Shown here: one piece after another, positions 8,347-17,005 of the stretch
Position numbering within the stretch: position 1 is the stretch's first letter
How the letters are laid out: every line of letters begins with the position of its first letter
Origin: Candidatus Undinarchaeales archaeon
GTDB lineage: Archaea; SpSt-1190; JASMDC01
Length of the DNA stretch: 18,467 nucleotides
Reading direction: 5' to 3'
Assembly (NCBI GenBank): GCA_030753015.1
Contig: JASMDC010000057.1
Span: forward strand, 1-18,467
The notes under the pieces: model-generated
What the model was told of the DNA's origin: nothing
The model's input: the letters and a program-made list of their open reading frames with translations, nothing else
Database searches by the model: none
Translations under genes and position numbers: made by a program

Positions 8347-8895
8347 TCATCCACTCTCTCTTATCTCGTAGAGAGCGTCGATGTCCTGCTCGATATTGTC
8401 GCTCCCGGACTCCAGCCAATCGTCCGGTAACTTCGCAATAAGCTTCCATAGCCCCTCCACGTCCGTGGGCACGACATTCACGTCGAGAGGGGATTTCGCA
8501 AGGACCGGCTCCGGTGGCTTTAGGTGGACCTCGATCCAGACCGTGAAGTAAGGGAACTCCGTTCTGTACCTTCCCGCACCTCCCGGGAAATAGTGGACGT
8601 AGACATCCTTACCGTTCACGAGCGTCGCGTGTACGATAGAGCTCGATAGCGGATCGATCAGCTCCAGCCTGGCCAGACGTGGTCCAAGCGCATCGGTGAA
8701 CAGCTTGTAGCGGGAGAACTTGTAGTAGAAGTGCAGGCATGCAAGACCGCCGAACAGGCAGATGGCCATCAGGATGAAGTTCGAGCCGGGGATCACTTCG
8801 GGGAAGATGATATTGACCCAGAAGGACAGGACGAGGATGAGCCCGGCGGCAAGAAAGTACTGGTTATTTTCCACATACCAGGGCAGCTCGACCAT
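8347..8895 (-). CDS. Hypothetical 2-TM membrane protein
   Basis: MVELPWYVENNQYFLAAGLILVLSFW... has two N-terminal TM helices and a soluble C-terminal domain. TATA-like TTTTATTA on - strand about 22 nt upstream of 8895. The upstream in-frame extension is antisense to the ABC ATPase. Confidence 0.7.
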   Translation of the reverse strand: MVELPWYVENNQYFLAAGLILVLSFWVNIIFPEVIPGSNFILMAICLFGGLACLHFYYKFSRYKLFTDALGPRLARLELIDPLSSSIVHATLVNGKDVYVHYFPGGAGRYRTEFPYFTVWIEVHLKPPEPVLAKSPLDVNVVPTDVEGLWKLIAKLPDDWLESGSDNIEQDIDALYEIRESG

Positions 8896-8947
8896 CGAAG
8901 TGCTGATCGGCTGTCGATAATAAAAGGCTTCCTCGAAGGAAAAGTAC

Positions 8948-9925
8948 TTGAACATCGATGACGCCGCCCTCGACGTGACCGATGCCGCCATCATCATCGA
9001 TGGGATGTCCAAGACCTTCGTCTCCCCCTCGCGGACGGTCGACGCGCTCCGGGACTTCTCGCTCTCCATCGACGGCGGCCAGATTTTCGGCCTGCTGGGC
9101 CCCAACGGTGCAGGGAAGACCACGCTCGTGGACATCCTCGCCACCGTGCTTCTGCCCACGAGCGGGACGGCGCGGGTGCTGGGCCATGACGTCGTGCGCG
9201 ACACCGCGAAGGTGCGCGAGCGCATCGGGCTTTGCGTGGGCGGCGCCTACTTCTTCTACAACCTCACACCCCGCGAGATCCTCACTTACTACGGCAAGCT
9301 GTTCGACCTCCCGGCCTCCAGACGCACCCGCCGCATCGATGAGCTCTTCGACACGTTCGGGATCACAGCCTTCGAGCACGCACGGTTCTCCAAGCTCTCC
9401 ACGGGCATGAAGCAGAAGGTCGGCATAGCAAAGTCGCTGCTCAACGATCCCGAGATGCTCTTTATGGACGAGCCCACTACCGGTCTTGACGTGGACGTGG
9501 CACGGGAGGTGCGCGCCCACTTCAAGCGACTGGTTGAGGAGGATGGGAAGACAATCCTCCTAACCTCGCACCAGCTCTTCGAGGTGGAGGAGCTATGCTC
9601 GACCATCGCCGTCATCAACGACGGGCGGAAGGTAGTAGAGGGCTCCATCGACGATATCCGACGGGAGCTGGGATTCCCCGACGCCATACGCCTCATCGTC
9701 GATGGCGACGTGGACCTCGACGTGCTGCGTTCTCTCTCCGCGGTGACGGCCGTGGACCGAGACGGTGACGAGGTGGTCATCCGGTCAACCTGCGCATTCG
9801 ACACGGTGATGGACCTGGCCGGTCTGGTACGGGAGAAGCGCCTTCCCGTGGTGGACATGGAGGTGCGCAAGTCGTCACTGGAGGAGATGTTCACGTCCCT
9901 CGTACGGGGTGATGGCACTGGCTGA
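8948..9925 (+). CDS. ABC-2 type exporter ATP-binding subunit (true start possibly GTG 8975)
   Basis: Walker A GPNGAGKTT, signature LSTGMKQK, Walker B FMDEPT, H-loop TSH, and C-terminal SLEEMF motif typical of DrrA-like ATPases. Confidence 0.95.
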   Translation: MNIDDAALDVTDAAIIIDGMSKTFVSPSRTVDALRDFSLSIDGGQIFGLLGPNGAGKTTLVDILATVLLPTSGTARVLGHDVVRDTAKVRERIGLCVGGAYFFYNLTPREILTYYGKLFDLPASRRTRRIDELFDTFGITAFEHARFSKLSTGMKQKVGIAKSLLNDPEMLFMDEPTTGLDVDVAREVRAHFKRLVEEDGKTILLTSHQLFEVEELCSTIAVINDGRKVVEGSIDDIRRELGFPDAIRLIVDGDVDLDVLRSLSAVTAVDRDGDEVVIRSTCAFDTVMDLAGLVREKRLPVVDMEVRKSSLEEMFTSLVRGDGTG

Positions 9926-10712
9926 GAGCGACTGGGCCTTCTTCTACAAGCACCGGCTCATCATGCGCAGGTCACTTGCTGAGCTGTCGTGGGTGCTCAT
10001 CTTCCCCTTCATAACCCTGTTCTCCATCGGCATCCTAACCCGCTACATCGTCAGCATCGACGACGCTCGCGACATCGGCGGATTCATCCTGGTGGGCACC
10101 TTCGTGTGGACCTTCTACTCGCTGGTGCAGCGCGCCATGAGCTACGGCGTGATGTTCGATATCTGGAACCGGTGCCTGGTGCACATCATCATCGCTCCGC
10201 GCTTCGTCCGCTCGTTCCTGGTGGGCAACGCCCTCTTCGGCGTGTCGTCGGCTGTGTTCACGACTGTGCTCACCGGCGCCTGCGCGTACGTGATGTTCGG
10301 TTTCAACATCCTGGACGCGGGCTGGATCCTTCCGCTGGCCCTGGGCATCATCAGCCTGTACGCAATGGCGGAGGGGCTTGTGATCGTCAGCTTCGTGCTC
10401 ACTCACGGGTACGAGTACGTGGCGCTGATCTGGCAGCTGGTGGGGATCATCATGATACTCTCGGGGGTGTACTATCCGATCTCCCTCTTCCCCCTGTGGC
10501 TCAAGGCCGCCTCCCTCCTCCTCCCCCACACCCACGTGCTGGTGGCATTGCGCACTGTGATGTTCCCGGCACTCATGGACGTGGAAGTGAACGCCTTCCA
10601 CCACCTCGGCTACGGCCTGCTGCTGGCCGTCGTCTACCTCGCCCTGGGGATAAAATTGTTCTACCGGGCGCTCGACGAGTCACGGACCACGGGGGCCATC
10701 ACGGACCTGTAG
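9912..10712 (+). CDS. ABC-2 type exporter permease
   Basis: About six TM helices and LSGVYYPISLFPLWL...LLPHTH ABC-2 signature. Overlaps the ATPase gene end. Confidence 0.93.
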   Translation: MALAESDWAFFYKHRLIMRRSLAELSWVLIFPFITLFSIGILTRYIVSIDDARDIGGFILVGTFVWTFYSLVQRAMSYGVMFDIWNRCLVHIIIAPRFVRSFLVGNALFGVSSAVFTTVLTGACAYVMFGFNILDAGWILPLALGIISLYAMAEGLVIVSFVLTHGYEYVALIWQLVGIIMILSGVYYPISLFPLWLKAASLLLPHTHVLVALRTVMFPALMDVEVNAFHHLGYGLLLAVVYLALGIKLFYRALDESRTTGAITDL

Positions 10713-10776
10713 GTCAGGACCGCCGTGCCCGTTCGCCCTGCTATATTTTAATATGAGAGCGGGTTGATCCTGTTCC

Positions 10777-11241
10777 ATGGGGACGATCGATGTCCGGGCG
10801 AAACCCAACGCGGTCTTCAAGTTCTTTACACGGATACCAAGCTACCTCATCCGGCTAGGTATGACACGGCCCTTTGAGGCCAATATCCTTGTGCTCTCAA
10901 CTAGAGGAAGAAAGACCGGGACGACGCTCCGGACCCCGGTCGGATTCGCCAGGAAGGACGATATCATCTATCTGGCAGCCGTCTACAAGGATCCTGATTG
11001 GTTCCAGAACGCCCTCGAGGATCCTGAAGTGAAGGTCCAGATCGGAAAGCGACATCTGAAAGGTTATGCTTCAGGAGTGGACGACCTTGAGGAAAAAGCA
11101 GAGGCCTACCGTGCGATCGTGAAAGCACAAGGGGAAAAATCGGCAGAACAGTATTATTATGTGAAGCCAGGGATGGATGATAATCAGATAGGCTCGATCG
11201 GGGAAGGCCTACCGATGATGCGGATCCAAGTGGTAGAATAA
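10777..11241 (+). CDS. Deazaflavin (F420)-dependent nitroreductase/oxidoreductase family protein (Ddn-like)
   Basis: LSTRGRKTG..RTPV and PDWFQNALEDPEVKVQIG match the Ddn/F420H2-quinone reductase pattern. TTTTAATA TATA box 23 nt upstream. Confidence 0.85.
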   Translation: MGTIDVRAKPNAVFKFFTRIPSYLIRLGMTRPFEANILVLSTRGRKTGTTLRTPVGFARKDDIIYLAAVYKDPDWFQNALEDPEVKVQIGKRHLKGYASGVDDLEEKAEAYRAIVKAQGEKSAEQYYYVKPGMDDNQIGSIGEGLPMMRIQVVE

Positions 11242-11403
11242 CCACTCTCCCCAATTATTTGAGGTGGTCGGATAACGATGGGGCGCATCTTACACGCCCC
11301 TGTGTGCTGGTTCTGGAGAAGTTCAGATCAGTGAGCCCCCAACCGGTCGGGGGCATGTAGGCGGAGGGTAAAAGGTCCGTGGCCAGATCCGCTGATGTTG
11401 TGT

Positions 11404-11420
11404 CCGGTCCTCGGCACCCT
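11404..11420 (+). repeat. IS terminal inverted repeat (left in window)
   Basis: CCGGTCCTCGGCACCCT, exact reverse complement of 13410-13426. Confidence 0.95.
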
Positions 11421-11560
11421 GTAACTTACAACATGTAACGATTTCCTGATCGAGCGGCCCTCTCAGCCCTGAAAGGCCATTGAATGACCAACCAATAAGA
11501 GGGAAGAAGGCACACAGTGCCTCCAGCTACTTTCAGGTGCAGGGGCCGGCCCCGTCGCCA

Positions 11561-13315
11561 TCAAGAAGAGATAAGGCACATGCACAGCCTTCGGAACGGA
11601 TCGCGTCGCTCCCCAGGGGGCCGTTGGACGACTCTGGTGTAGACCGACTCGTCGAGCCCGCAGAGCTTGAGTATGCGCTTCTGGTTCTCGTTGAGCGGTA
11701 TGTCGGGCTCAAGCCTGGCGGCCTCCCAGCCGTGCACCTCGCGCACGATGATGGGTGTGAACGCCTCCTGGATGGCGTTGGCAGTGGGCCTGTGTGTCTT
11801 CTGGCCGTACAGCCCCTCGATGGGGGCTTCGCCCTTCTTCGCGAGTTCCCTGCGCACCATGCACTCCATGAATGTGTGGACGGTGACGGCGATGAGCACG
11901 ACGAATCCGAACGCGACGATCCGCCTCGGGCTCTCGAGGCAGTAGGCGCCGACGAGGCTGGGATTCTTGAGAATGCGGAAGATGCGCTCCACGCCGTCCT
12001 GCTCCTTGTACAGGCGGAGCACCGCAGCGTCGTCGAACTTCGCCTCGTCGAGGGTGGTTATGAGGACGAACATCCCCGCCGTCTCCTCCTCCAGCCGCAT
12101 GACCGCCTCGTCGAGCTCCGGCGCGAAGGTGACCACCCGCCGCGTCTCCGTCTCATGGACGTACCCCTTGGGCGGCCGTCCCCGCTTCTTCCGCTTCACC
12201 GCCACGATCCGCTTCTCGACGGACCACGGCATCGAGTGGAGCTTCGCCTTGCACTTCTTCAGGAACCGCTGCGCCGACTCCCGTGCGTCCTTCTCGCAGA
12301 AAAACTCCTGCCTGCAGAACACGTCGATCAGCTTCGCGAGATCCTTCCGCTCCCGCTTGATCGCCTTCTTCAGCGACCTCAGCTTCCGCCCATCCTTTGC
12401 GCTCGAGTGGTACACGATGAAACGGTACTCCCTGCCCTCGAGCTCTGCCCGGAGGCCGACAGAGCGGTACTCGGCGGCGCCCTTCTTGTCGCTGATGGGG
12501 CCGATGACAGCCCACCGCTCGTCACGTGCCGCCCGGCAGACGAGCTCGTCCGCCAAGTTGTACGTGTGGGGGAGGCGGGTCACGAAGTCGATGTGGCAGT
12601 CGGCGAACAGCTTGAGGTTCGTGGGCGTGACCGCCGCGCTGTCGGCGACGTAGATGAGGGACTCCTCCGCCTCCTTCCCCAGCCACTCGCGGACATTCGG
12701 GATCCAGTTGCTGTTGAACATCTTGTCCGACGTGTTGCCGTCCAGGATCTCGCCCACGAGGGGGAGACCGTCCGATGACACACCAACGCCGAACATGATC
12801 TGCTTCAGGTCCGGACGATGGTCCTTGGGGTGGCCGAAGGTGATGTTCACCGGCGGCGACTCGTGGCCCTCGAACACGCCCTGGAATGACTTGCTCGTAG
12901 TGTCCGTATGGATGATGTTCGTGGAAATGTCGAACCGCCGGGCAAGCGATCGCGTGATCTCCGAGAAGATCCGCTGGGGGCCCGCATCGAAGAACTGGTC
13001 GAGGACATCGCCCGCCCGATACTGGTTGATGTCATCGGGACGGAGGTCGGGTCGCCATGGGAAGAGCAGCGGCATCGGCTTGTCCGAGAAGAACGTCGGC
13101 AGACGCACCAGACGGACCTTCTCGTTCGAGAGGATGTTGTGCACCATCGCGGCAACGATGGTGCCCGCGTCCACCTCCGCTTGGCTGTTCCTCTTCCCGA
13201 TCGCACGCGTGATGAGCTGGGGAAGCTTGATCCTCTCCATCACGCCAGCGTAGATGGGAAGGGCGTTTGCGATGTAGGCCGATCTCACGGGGGTGGACAT
13301 GGCAGGCACTTCCAT
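11561..13315 (-). CDS. IS1634 family DDE transposase (alternative start 13300)
   Basis: HTDTTSKSFQG, FGHPKDHRPDLKQ, GNTSD, YVADSA, YKEQDGVERIFRILK and KRKKRGRPPK motifs are characteristic of IS1634 transposases. Intact 584-aa frame. Confidence 0.95.
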   Translation of the reverse strand: MEVPAMSTPVRSAYIANALPIYAGVMERIKLPQLITRAIGKRNSQAEVDAGTIVAAMVHNILSNEKVRLVRLPTFFSDKPMPLLFPWRPDLRPDDINQYRAGDVLDQFFDAGPQRIFSEITRSLARRFDISTNIIHTDTTSKSFQGVFEGHESPPVNITFGHPKDHRPDLKQIMFGVGVSSDGLPLVGEILDGNTSDKMFNSNWIPNVREWLGKEAEESLIYVADSAAVTPTNLKLFADCHIDFVTRLPHTYNLADELVCRAARDERWAVIGPISDKKGAAEYRSVGLRAELEGREYRFIVYHSSAKDGRKLRSLKKAIKRERKDLAKLIDVFCRQEFFCEKDARESAQRFLKKCKAKLHSMPWSVEKRIVAVKRKKRGRPPKGYVHETETRRVVTFAPELDEAVMRLEEETAGMFVLITTLDEAKFDDAAVLRLYKEQDGVERIFRILKNPSLVGAYCLESPRRIVAFGFVVLIAVTVHTFMECMVRRELAKKGEAPIEGLYGQKTHRPTANAIQEAFTPIIVREVHGWEAARLEPDIPLNENQKRILKLCGLDESVYTRVVQRPPGERRDPFRRLCMCLISS

Positions 13316-13409
13316 TGGGGCCGCTGTTGGCGGTCACAGGGTGCCCGTCATCGTTCATAAGCATGCTGGCAAAGGGAATGGGGGAAATTACGTAAGATTC
13401 GTATCATAA

Positions 13410-13426
13410 AGGGTGCCGAGGACCGG
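13410..13426 (-). repeat. IS terminal inverted repeat (right in window)
   Basis: AGGGTGCCGAGGACCGG, followed by target duplication TTGTGT. Confidence 0.95.
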
Positions 13427-13468
13427 TTGTGTGGCGGGCCGTATTGTTTTCAGAAAATTAAATGGATA

Positions 13469-13494
13469 CACATAAATATGTGCGAACACATATT
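13469..13494. promoter_or_regulatory. Palindromic operator/promoter of the toxin-antitoxin operon
   Basis: CACATA-AA-TATGTG (13469-13482) overlaps AATATGTG-CGAA-CACATATT (13475-13494). It covers a TATA-like ATAAATA and ends 14 nt before the antitoxin ATG. Confidence 0.7.
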
Positions 13495-13508
13495 CTATTT
13501 GTATCAAA

Positions 13509-13733
13509 ATGCCAACGATGACATTATCCGTTCCGGAAGATCTTCAGGTCCTGATCAAGAAACACAATCATATCAAATGGAGTGAGATCGCGCGAAGGGC
13601 GATGTGGGATTATGCAAGGAAGATGGAGATCCTTGATCAACTCACCGCGAACAGCGAATTGACAGATGAGGACGTGCACGAGCTGGACAAGGTACTAAAG
13701 GCCGCACTCTCCAAGCACTATCCGGAGAAATAG
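13509..13733 (+). CDS. vapB: Ribbon-helix-helix antitoxin (VapB-like)
   Basis: MPTMTLSVPEDL...IKWSEIARRA is an RHH pattern common in archaeal antitoxins. Acidic stretch near the C-terminus; directly upstream of a PIN gene. Confidence 0.82.
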   Translation: MPTMTLSVPEDLQVLIKKHNHIKWSEIARRAMWDYARKMEILDQLTANSELTDEDVHELDKVLKAALSKHYPEK

Positions 13734-13736
13734 CTC

Positions 13737-14153
13737 GTGGAACTGATAGTCGATACGAACATCCTCGTAGCTGGTCTGATACGGGATTCCGTCGTCCGAC
13801 AGGTATTATTACACCCGGACTTCACGTTCTACGCTCCCGATCATCTTCTGTACGAGATCGAGAAACACAAGGACCTCTTTCTTGCGAAGTCAAAGTTGTC
13901 ATGTCCGGCATTTGAGGCGGTTCTGAACATGCTCGTCGAAAGGGTATCGATCCTATCTCACGACGACATCCAGAAACACATTGGCGAGGCCAGGGGGATC
14001 ATTGGAAAGATCGATCCCGATGATGCTACCTTCATTGCGTGTGCATTGGCGGTCAAGAATGATGGTATCTGGACGGAAGATCGTGATTTCTCAAGACAGA
14101 GCAAGATCAGGGTCTGGAGTACGAAAGAGCTTCTTCAATATCTCCTAGACTGA
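13737..14153 (+). CDS. vapC: PIN-domain ribonuclease toxin (VapC-like)
   Basis: LIVDTNIL, E in LLYEI, DPDDATFIACA and IWTEDRDF provide the acidic PIN tetrad. Confidence 0.92.
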   Translation: MELIVDTNILVAGLIRDSVVRQVLLHPDFTFYAPDHLLYEIEKHKDLFLAKSKLSCPAFEAVLNMLVERVSILSHDDIQKHIGEARGIIGKIDPDDATFIACALAVKNDGIWTEDRDFSRQSKIRVWSTKELLQYLLD

Positions 14154-14234
14154 CTGTTTAGTGTTAACTGCGGTAGATCGTATATAGGTTATACGGCTTC
14201 GAACAGGGCCGGCGCCATCCGGTGTCGGCTTGCA

Positions 14235-14909
14235 TCACCGTTTGCTGGCGATCAGCGAGTAGCACTGCCCGAAGTACGGGTTCGGCCTCTCCTCGATGTC
14301 CGTGAATCCGATCCCCTTCAGGAGCTCTATCATCGCCTCCGCCGAGAGCTCGTGCTTCACGATGTTGCTCACCGAGTTCCGGATGCCGCTTCTCATCATC
14401 TCCATCTCGGGAGCGAGCCTCGGCAACAGACCCCTCTTCCTCAGGGATGTCTCGTAGCTGTCAACTACCTTTTCCATGTTCTTCCCCGACGTCCTGCCCG
14501 TGAGCGCGAACACGCCTCCCTTTCGTAGCACCCGGTAGTGTTCTTCCAGATACCCCTGGAGATCGTCGACGAAGTGAGCGACGAACATGGAGGAGATCCC
14601 GTCGAACGTCTTGTCCTCGAACGGCAGGTGCTCGGCGCTCAGTCGGTGGACCCTCGGCCTCTGCCCAAGGTCGGCACATCGCTTCCCCAGGATATCGAGC
14701 GCCTTCTCGCTCATGTCGACCGCATGGACGACGTGACCCCGTCCCAGCAGTTCTATCGTGACGTTGCCCGTGCCGCAGCCGCTGTCCAGGACTACATCGC
14801 ATCCGTCCATCGCATTGACGTGGACGTCCCTGACAGCGAGGTAGATGTCGGAGTTGAGCAGCACCTTGTCATAGGCGTCGAAGTACGCGCTCTCCCACAC
14901 GTTGGTCAT
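14235..14909 (-). CDS. Class I SAM-dependent methyltransferase
   Basis: VLDSGCGTG motif I, AVDMS, LPFEDKTFD, RVLRKGG. Strong GGTGAGGT RBS upstream. Confidence 0.92.
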   Translation of the reverse strand: MTNVWESAYFDAYDKVLLNSDIYLAVRDVHVNAMDGCDVVLDSGCGTGNVTIELLGRGHVVHAVDMSEKALDILGKRCADLGQRPRVHRLSAEHLPFEDKTFDGISSMFVAHFVDDLQGYLEEHYRVLRKGGVFALTGRTSGKNMEKVVDSYETSLRKRGLLPRLAPEMEMMRSGIRNSVSNIVKHELSAEAMIELLKGIGFTDIEERPNPYFGQCYSLIASKR

Positions 14910-14976
14910 GCTACCTCACCCCGGACACGATCTTAATAAGTATCTTCTTCCGGCGCACGCGTTCAGTGAAGGCCCC

Positions 14977-15006
14977 GGGAGGCAGGGGCGTCCGTCCCCG
15001 CCTCCC
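14977..15006. terminator. GC-rich stem-loop downstream of the SnoaL-like gene (possible terminator or processing site)
   Basis: GGGAGGC-A-GGGG / CCCC-GCCTCCC, an 11-bp stem with one bulge and 7-nt loop, located between two minus-strand genes. No clear U-tract. Confidence 0.35.
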
Positions 15007-15046
15007 AGTTCCGGGCATGTGATGGTGGAGGTCTCGGGTTTGAGCG

Positions 15047-15478
15047 CTACTCCTTCGGCGGTCCGCCAGGCGGGGCCGCACCGATCTGTCTCATGAAGGT
15101 GGCCATGTCCCGGCCCTCCCACATCTCTGCGATCTTGCCGTCGGCGAGCCGGAAGACCTCGATGGCGGGGACCGAGAACCGCTTCCCCGTGGGCTCCAGC
15201 CCCATCATGGGCCCCTTCATTGTACCGCTGTCCTGCATGAGGACCACGACCTTGTCGCCCTCCGCGATCACGTCCCTGATCTCGATCAGCTGGTCCGGGA
15301 ACGCTTGTCCGAGCGAGGCGAAGAACTTCTTCATCTCCTCGTACTCGGTCGATGTACCGTCGCCGCCGTGCATCACGCAGTCAGGCGAGAGGTACTTTTC
15401 CAAAAGCTCCTCACGGTCCTTGCTGTTCCACTTCTCAAAGAAGTTGCGGATGATCTCCTTGTTCTCTTCTGTTGACAT
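15047..15478 (-). CDS. SnoaL-like ester cyclase (NTF2-like fold)
   Basis: MSTEENKEIIRNFFE, AFPD, IRDVIAEGDKVV, GT..GPMMGLEPTGK and FRLADGKIAE match the family. GAGGT RBS before ATG 15478. Confidence 0.92.
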   Translation of the reverse strand: MSTEENKEIIRNFFEKWNSKDREELLEKYLSPDCVMHGGDGTSTEYEEMKKFFASLGQAFPDQLIEIRDVIAEGDKVVVLMQDSGTMKGPMMGLEPTGKRFSVPAIEVFRLADGKIAEMWEGRDMATFMRQIGAAPPGGPPKE

Positions 15479-15928
15479 GGTCGTTACCTCTTTTTTCTTG
15501 GCCCGCTTCAGCTGTATCAACGCCTTGGCCTGGGTGATGAGCTAGGCGTTCCGGGTCCATGCAGGTAATAAAACAATCGTTATAAATCGCTGCTTTCCCG
15601 TGATCCGGACCAGCAACCGTTGGCTTGCCACTTCCCATCCCGACCCAGACGATACAAGAATAGAATCTCACTCCAGCCATGGTGTTAAAAGCGTCCACCG
15701 ATCGTCTTCATCTATCGCTCCTAATGCACCCTGGAATCCGAAAGGACCCTCACTGACGAACAGTAGGACGATCCCCTCGATACGTCAATATCGCGAGATC
15801 GGTCTTCGATATCCAACACTACGAGGGCCTGACACGAGAGCCCATGTGGATCTGTGCAACCCCCCTGGTGCTCGATAAGCTCTCTGAATATCCTCCCGCG
15901 GGATCGAACGATGTTCGAAGGAATGGCT

Positions 15929-17005
15929 CTAGGGAGCGTTAACATATGTTTTTTCCACATACGGAGAGGTCATGGCCCTGAGCATGGCCCCGTAATCGAT
16001 ATCGAACACAACTTCGTCCCCTACCTTCAGGTCCACCTGCTTCGCATCGACGACGATATGGTCGCTGCTAGCACCGAGGATGTCGATATCACGTCGGGGG
16101 GTCAGTCCGGAGATCACGACGTCCTGTACTCCGACCGCCAGCAGGGCTCGTCGTATCTCGCCGCGGTCCTCGAACTCGGGGACGTTCCCGAACGCCGCCT
16201 GGCAGACCTCTCCATGGGGTTTGGACGGTTTTATCTTCGACTCGATGACCTCTGCGACCAGTGTGAACGCGTCGGTGAACTGTCCTGGGATGACGTCCCT
16301 GTGGAGGCTTTCGGTCCCCTGATAGATGGACTCGCCCAGTCGCACGTTGTTGATACGTCCGACATCGTCCGTTGATGTGAACCAGAGATAATTGGCCGTG
16401 TTCCCGCCTGAAACGAACTCCAACGTCAGTCCGAACTTCTCTTCGACCTCTCCTGCCAGTGAGGACAAGAGCCCCATGTTCTCGTCGTCAGGTCTGATCC
16501 CGCCGAAACAGGCCAGGTTCGCACCGATGCCGGCAAGCTCGATCCCGTCCATCTTGATCACCACCCCAACTGTATCCAATAGGTCTGCGGGCAGTATCCC
16601 TTCTCTCAGATCGCCCAGCTCCACCATCAGGATGATCTTGTGCGTGGTGTCCTGCGCCAAAGCGGACGCCGAGAGCGCCTCGATCACCGAGAGCTCTGAG
16701 TTAAGGCTGATGTCGACATACCTCACCACGTCCTCGACCTGGCTGGAGATGGGTGCCCTCAGGAGGAGGAATTGCGCTTGAACGCCTGCATCACGCATCT
16801 TGCGGATATTTGCGATCCTCGAGTCGGCGATGACGCTTAGCCCGCTCTTGAGCAGGGCATCGGCGATACGGGGGTCCCCGCAGACCCCCTTCGTAACGCC
16901 GAACACGCTGATGCCCTTCGAGCCGTAGAGCTCTTTCAGCTTCCCGGCATTATGCGCGATCTTTCCCAGGTCGATCTCTATCCGGGGTGATGTCATATCC
17001 ATCAC
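15929..17005 (-). CDS. Alanine/ornithine racemase family PLP-dependent enzyme (fold type III; start 17005, 17002 or 16996)
   Basis: IDLGKIAHN, GVTK (PLP lysine), ADSRI, ELGDLREG, NLACFGG, SGGN, RLGES and GASSDH resemble clostridial ornithine racemase-like proteins. Confidence 0.9.
   Translation of the reverse strand: MMDMTSPRIEIDLGKIAHNAGKLKELYGSKGISVFGVTKGVCGDPRIADALLKSGLSVIADSRIANIRKMRDAGVQAQFLLLRAPISSQVEDVVRYVDISLNSELSVIEALSASALAQDTTHKIILMVELGDLREGILPADLLDTVGVVIKMDGIELAGIGANLACFGGIRPDDENMGLLSSLAGEVEEKFGLTLEFVSGGNTANYLWFTSTDDVGRINNVRLGESIYQGTESLHRDVIPGQFTDAFTLVAEVIESKIKPSKPHGEVCQAAFGNVPEFEDRGEIRRALLAVGVQDVVISGLTPRRDIDILGASSDHIVVDAKQVDLKVGDEVVFDIDYGAMLRAMTSPYVEKTYVNAP

Larger units (their letters stand above)
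11404..13426 (-). mobile_element. Complete IS1634-family insertion sequence (2023 bp)
   Basis: Perfect 17-bp terminal inverted repeats CCGGTCCTCGGCACCCT (11404-11420) and AGGGTGCCGAGGACCGG (13410-13426), flanked by direct repeat TTGTGT (11398-11403 and 13427-13432), enclosing one transposase gene. Confidence 0.95.

Noticed and set aside
8135-8449. N-terminal extension of the GNAT ORF
   Set aside because: It overlaps the upstream gene. An RBS and TATA-like element support the start at 8134.
8896-9225. N-terminal extension of the 8347 ORF
   Set aside because: Antisense to the ABC ATPase Walker A region. A TATA-like element supports the start at 8895.
11480-12778. 432-aa plus-strand ORF inside the IS
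   Set aside because: Antisense to the transposase with no domain signal; expected from codon bias.
15730-15775. GAATCCGAAAGG and CTGACGA, reminiscent of a c-di-AMP riboswitch or hammerhead core
   Set aside because: The remaining conserved elements (riboswitch downstream motifs; hammerhead stem II followed by GAAA) are not present, and no plus-strand gene follows.
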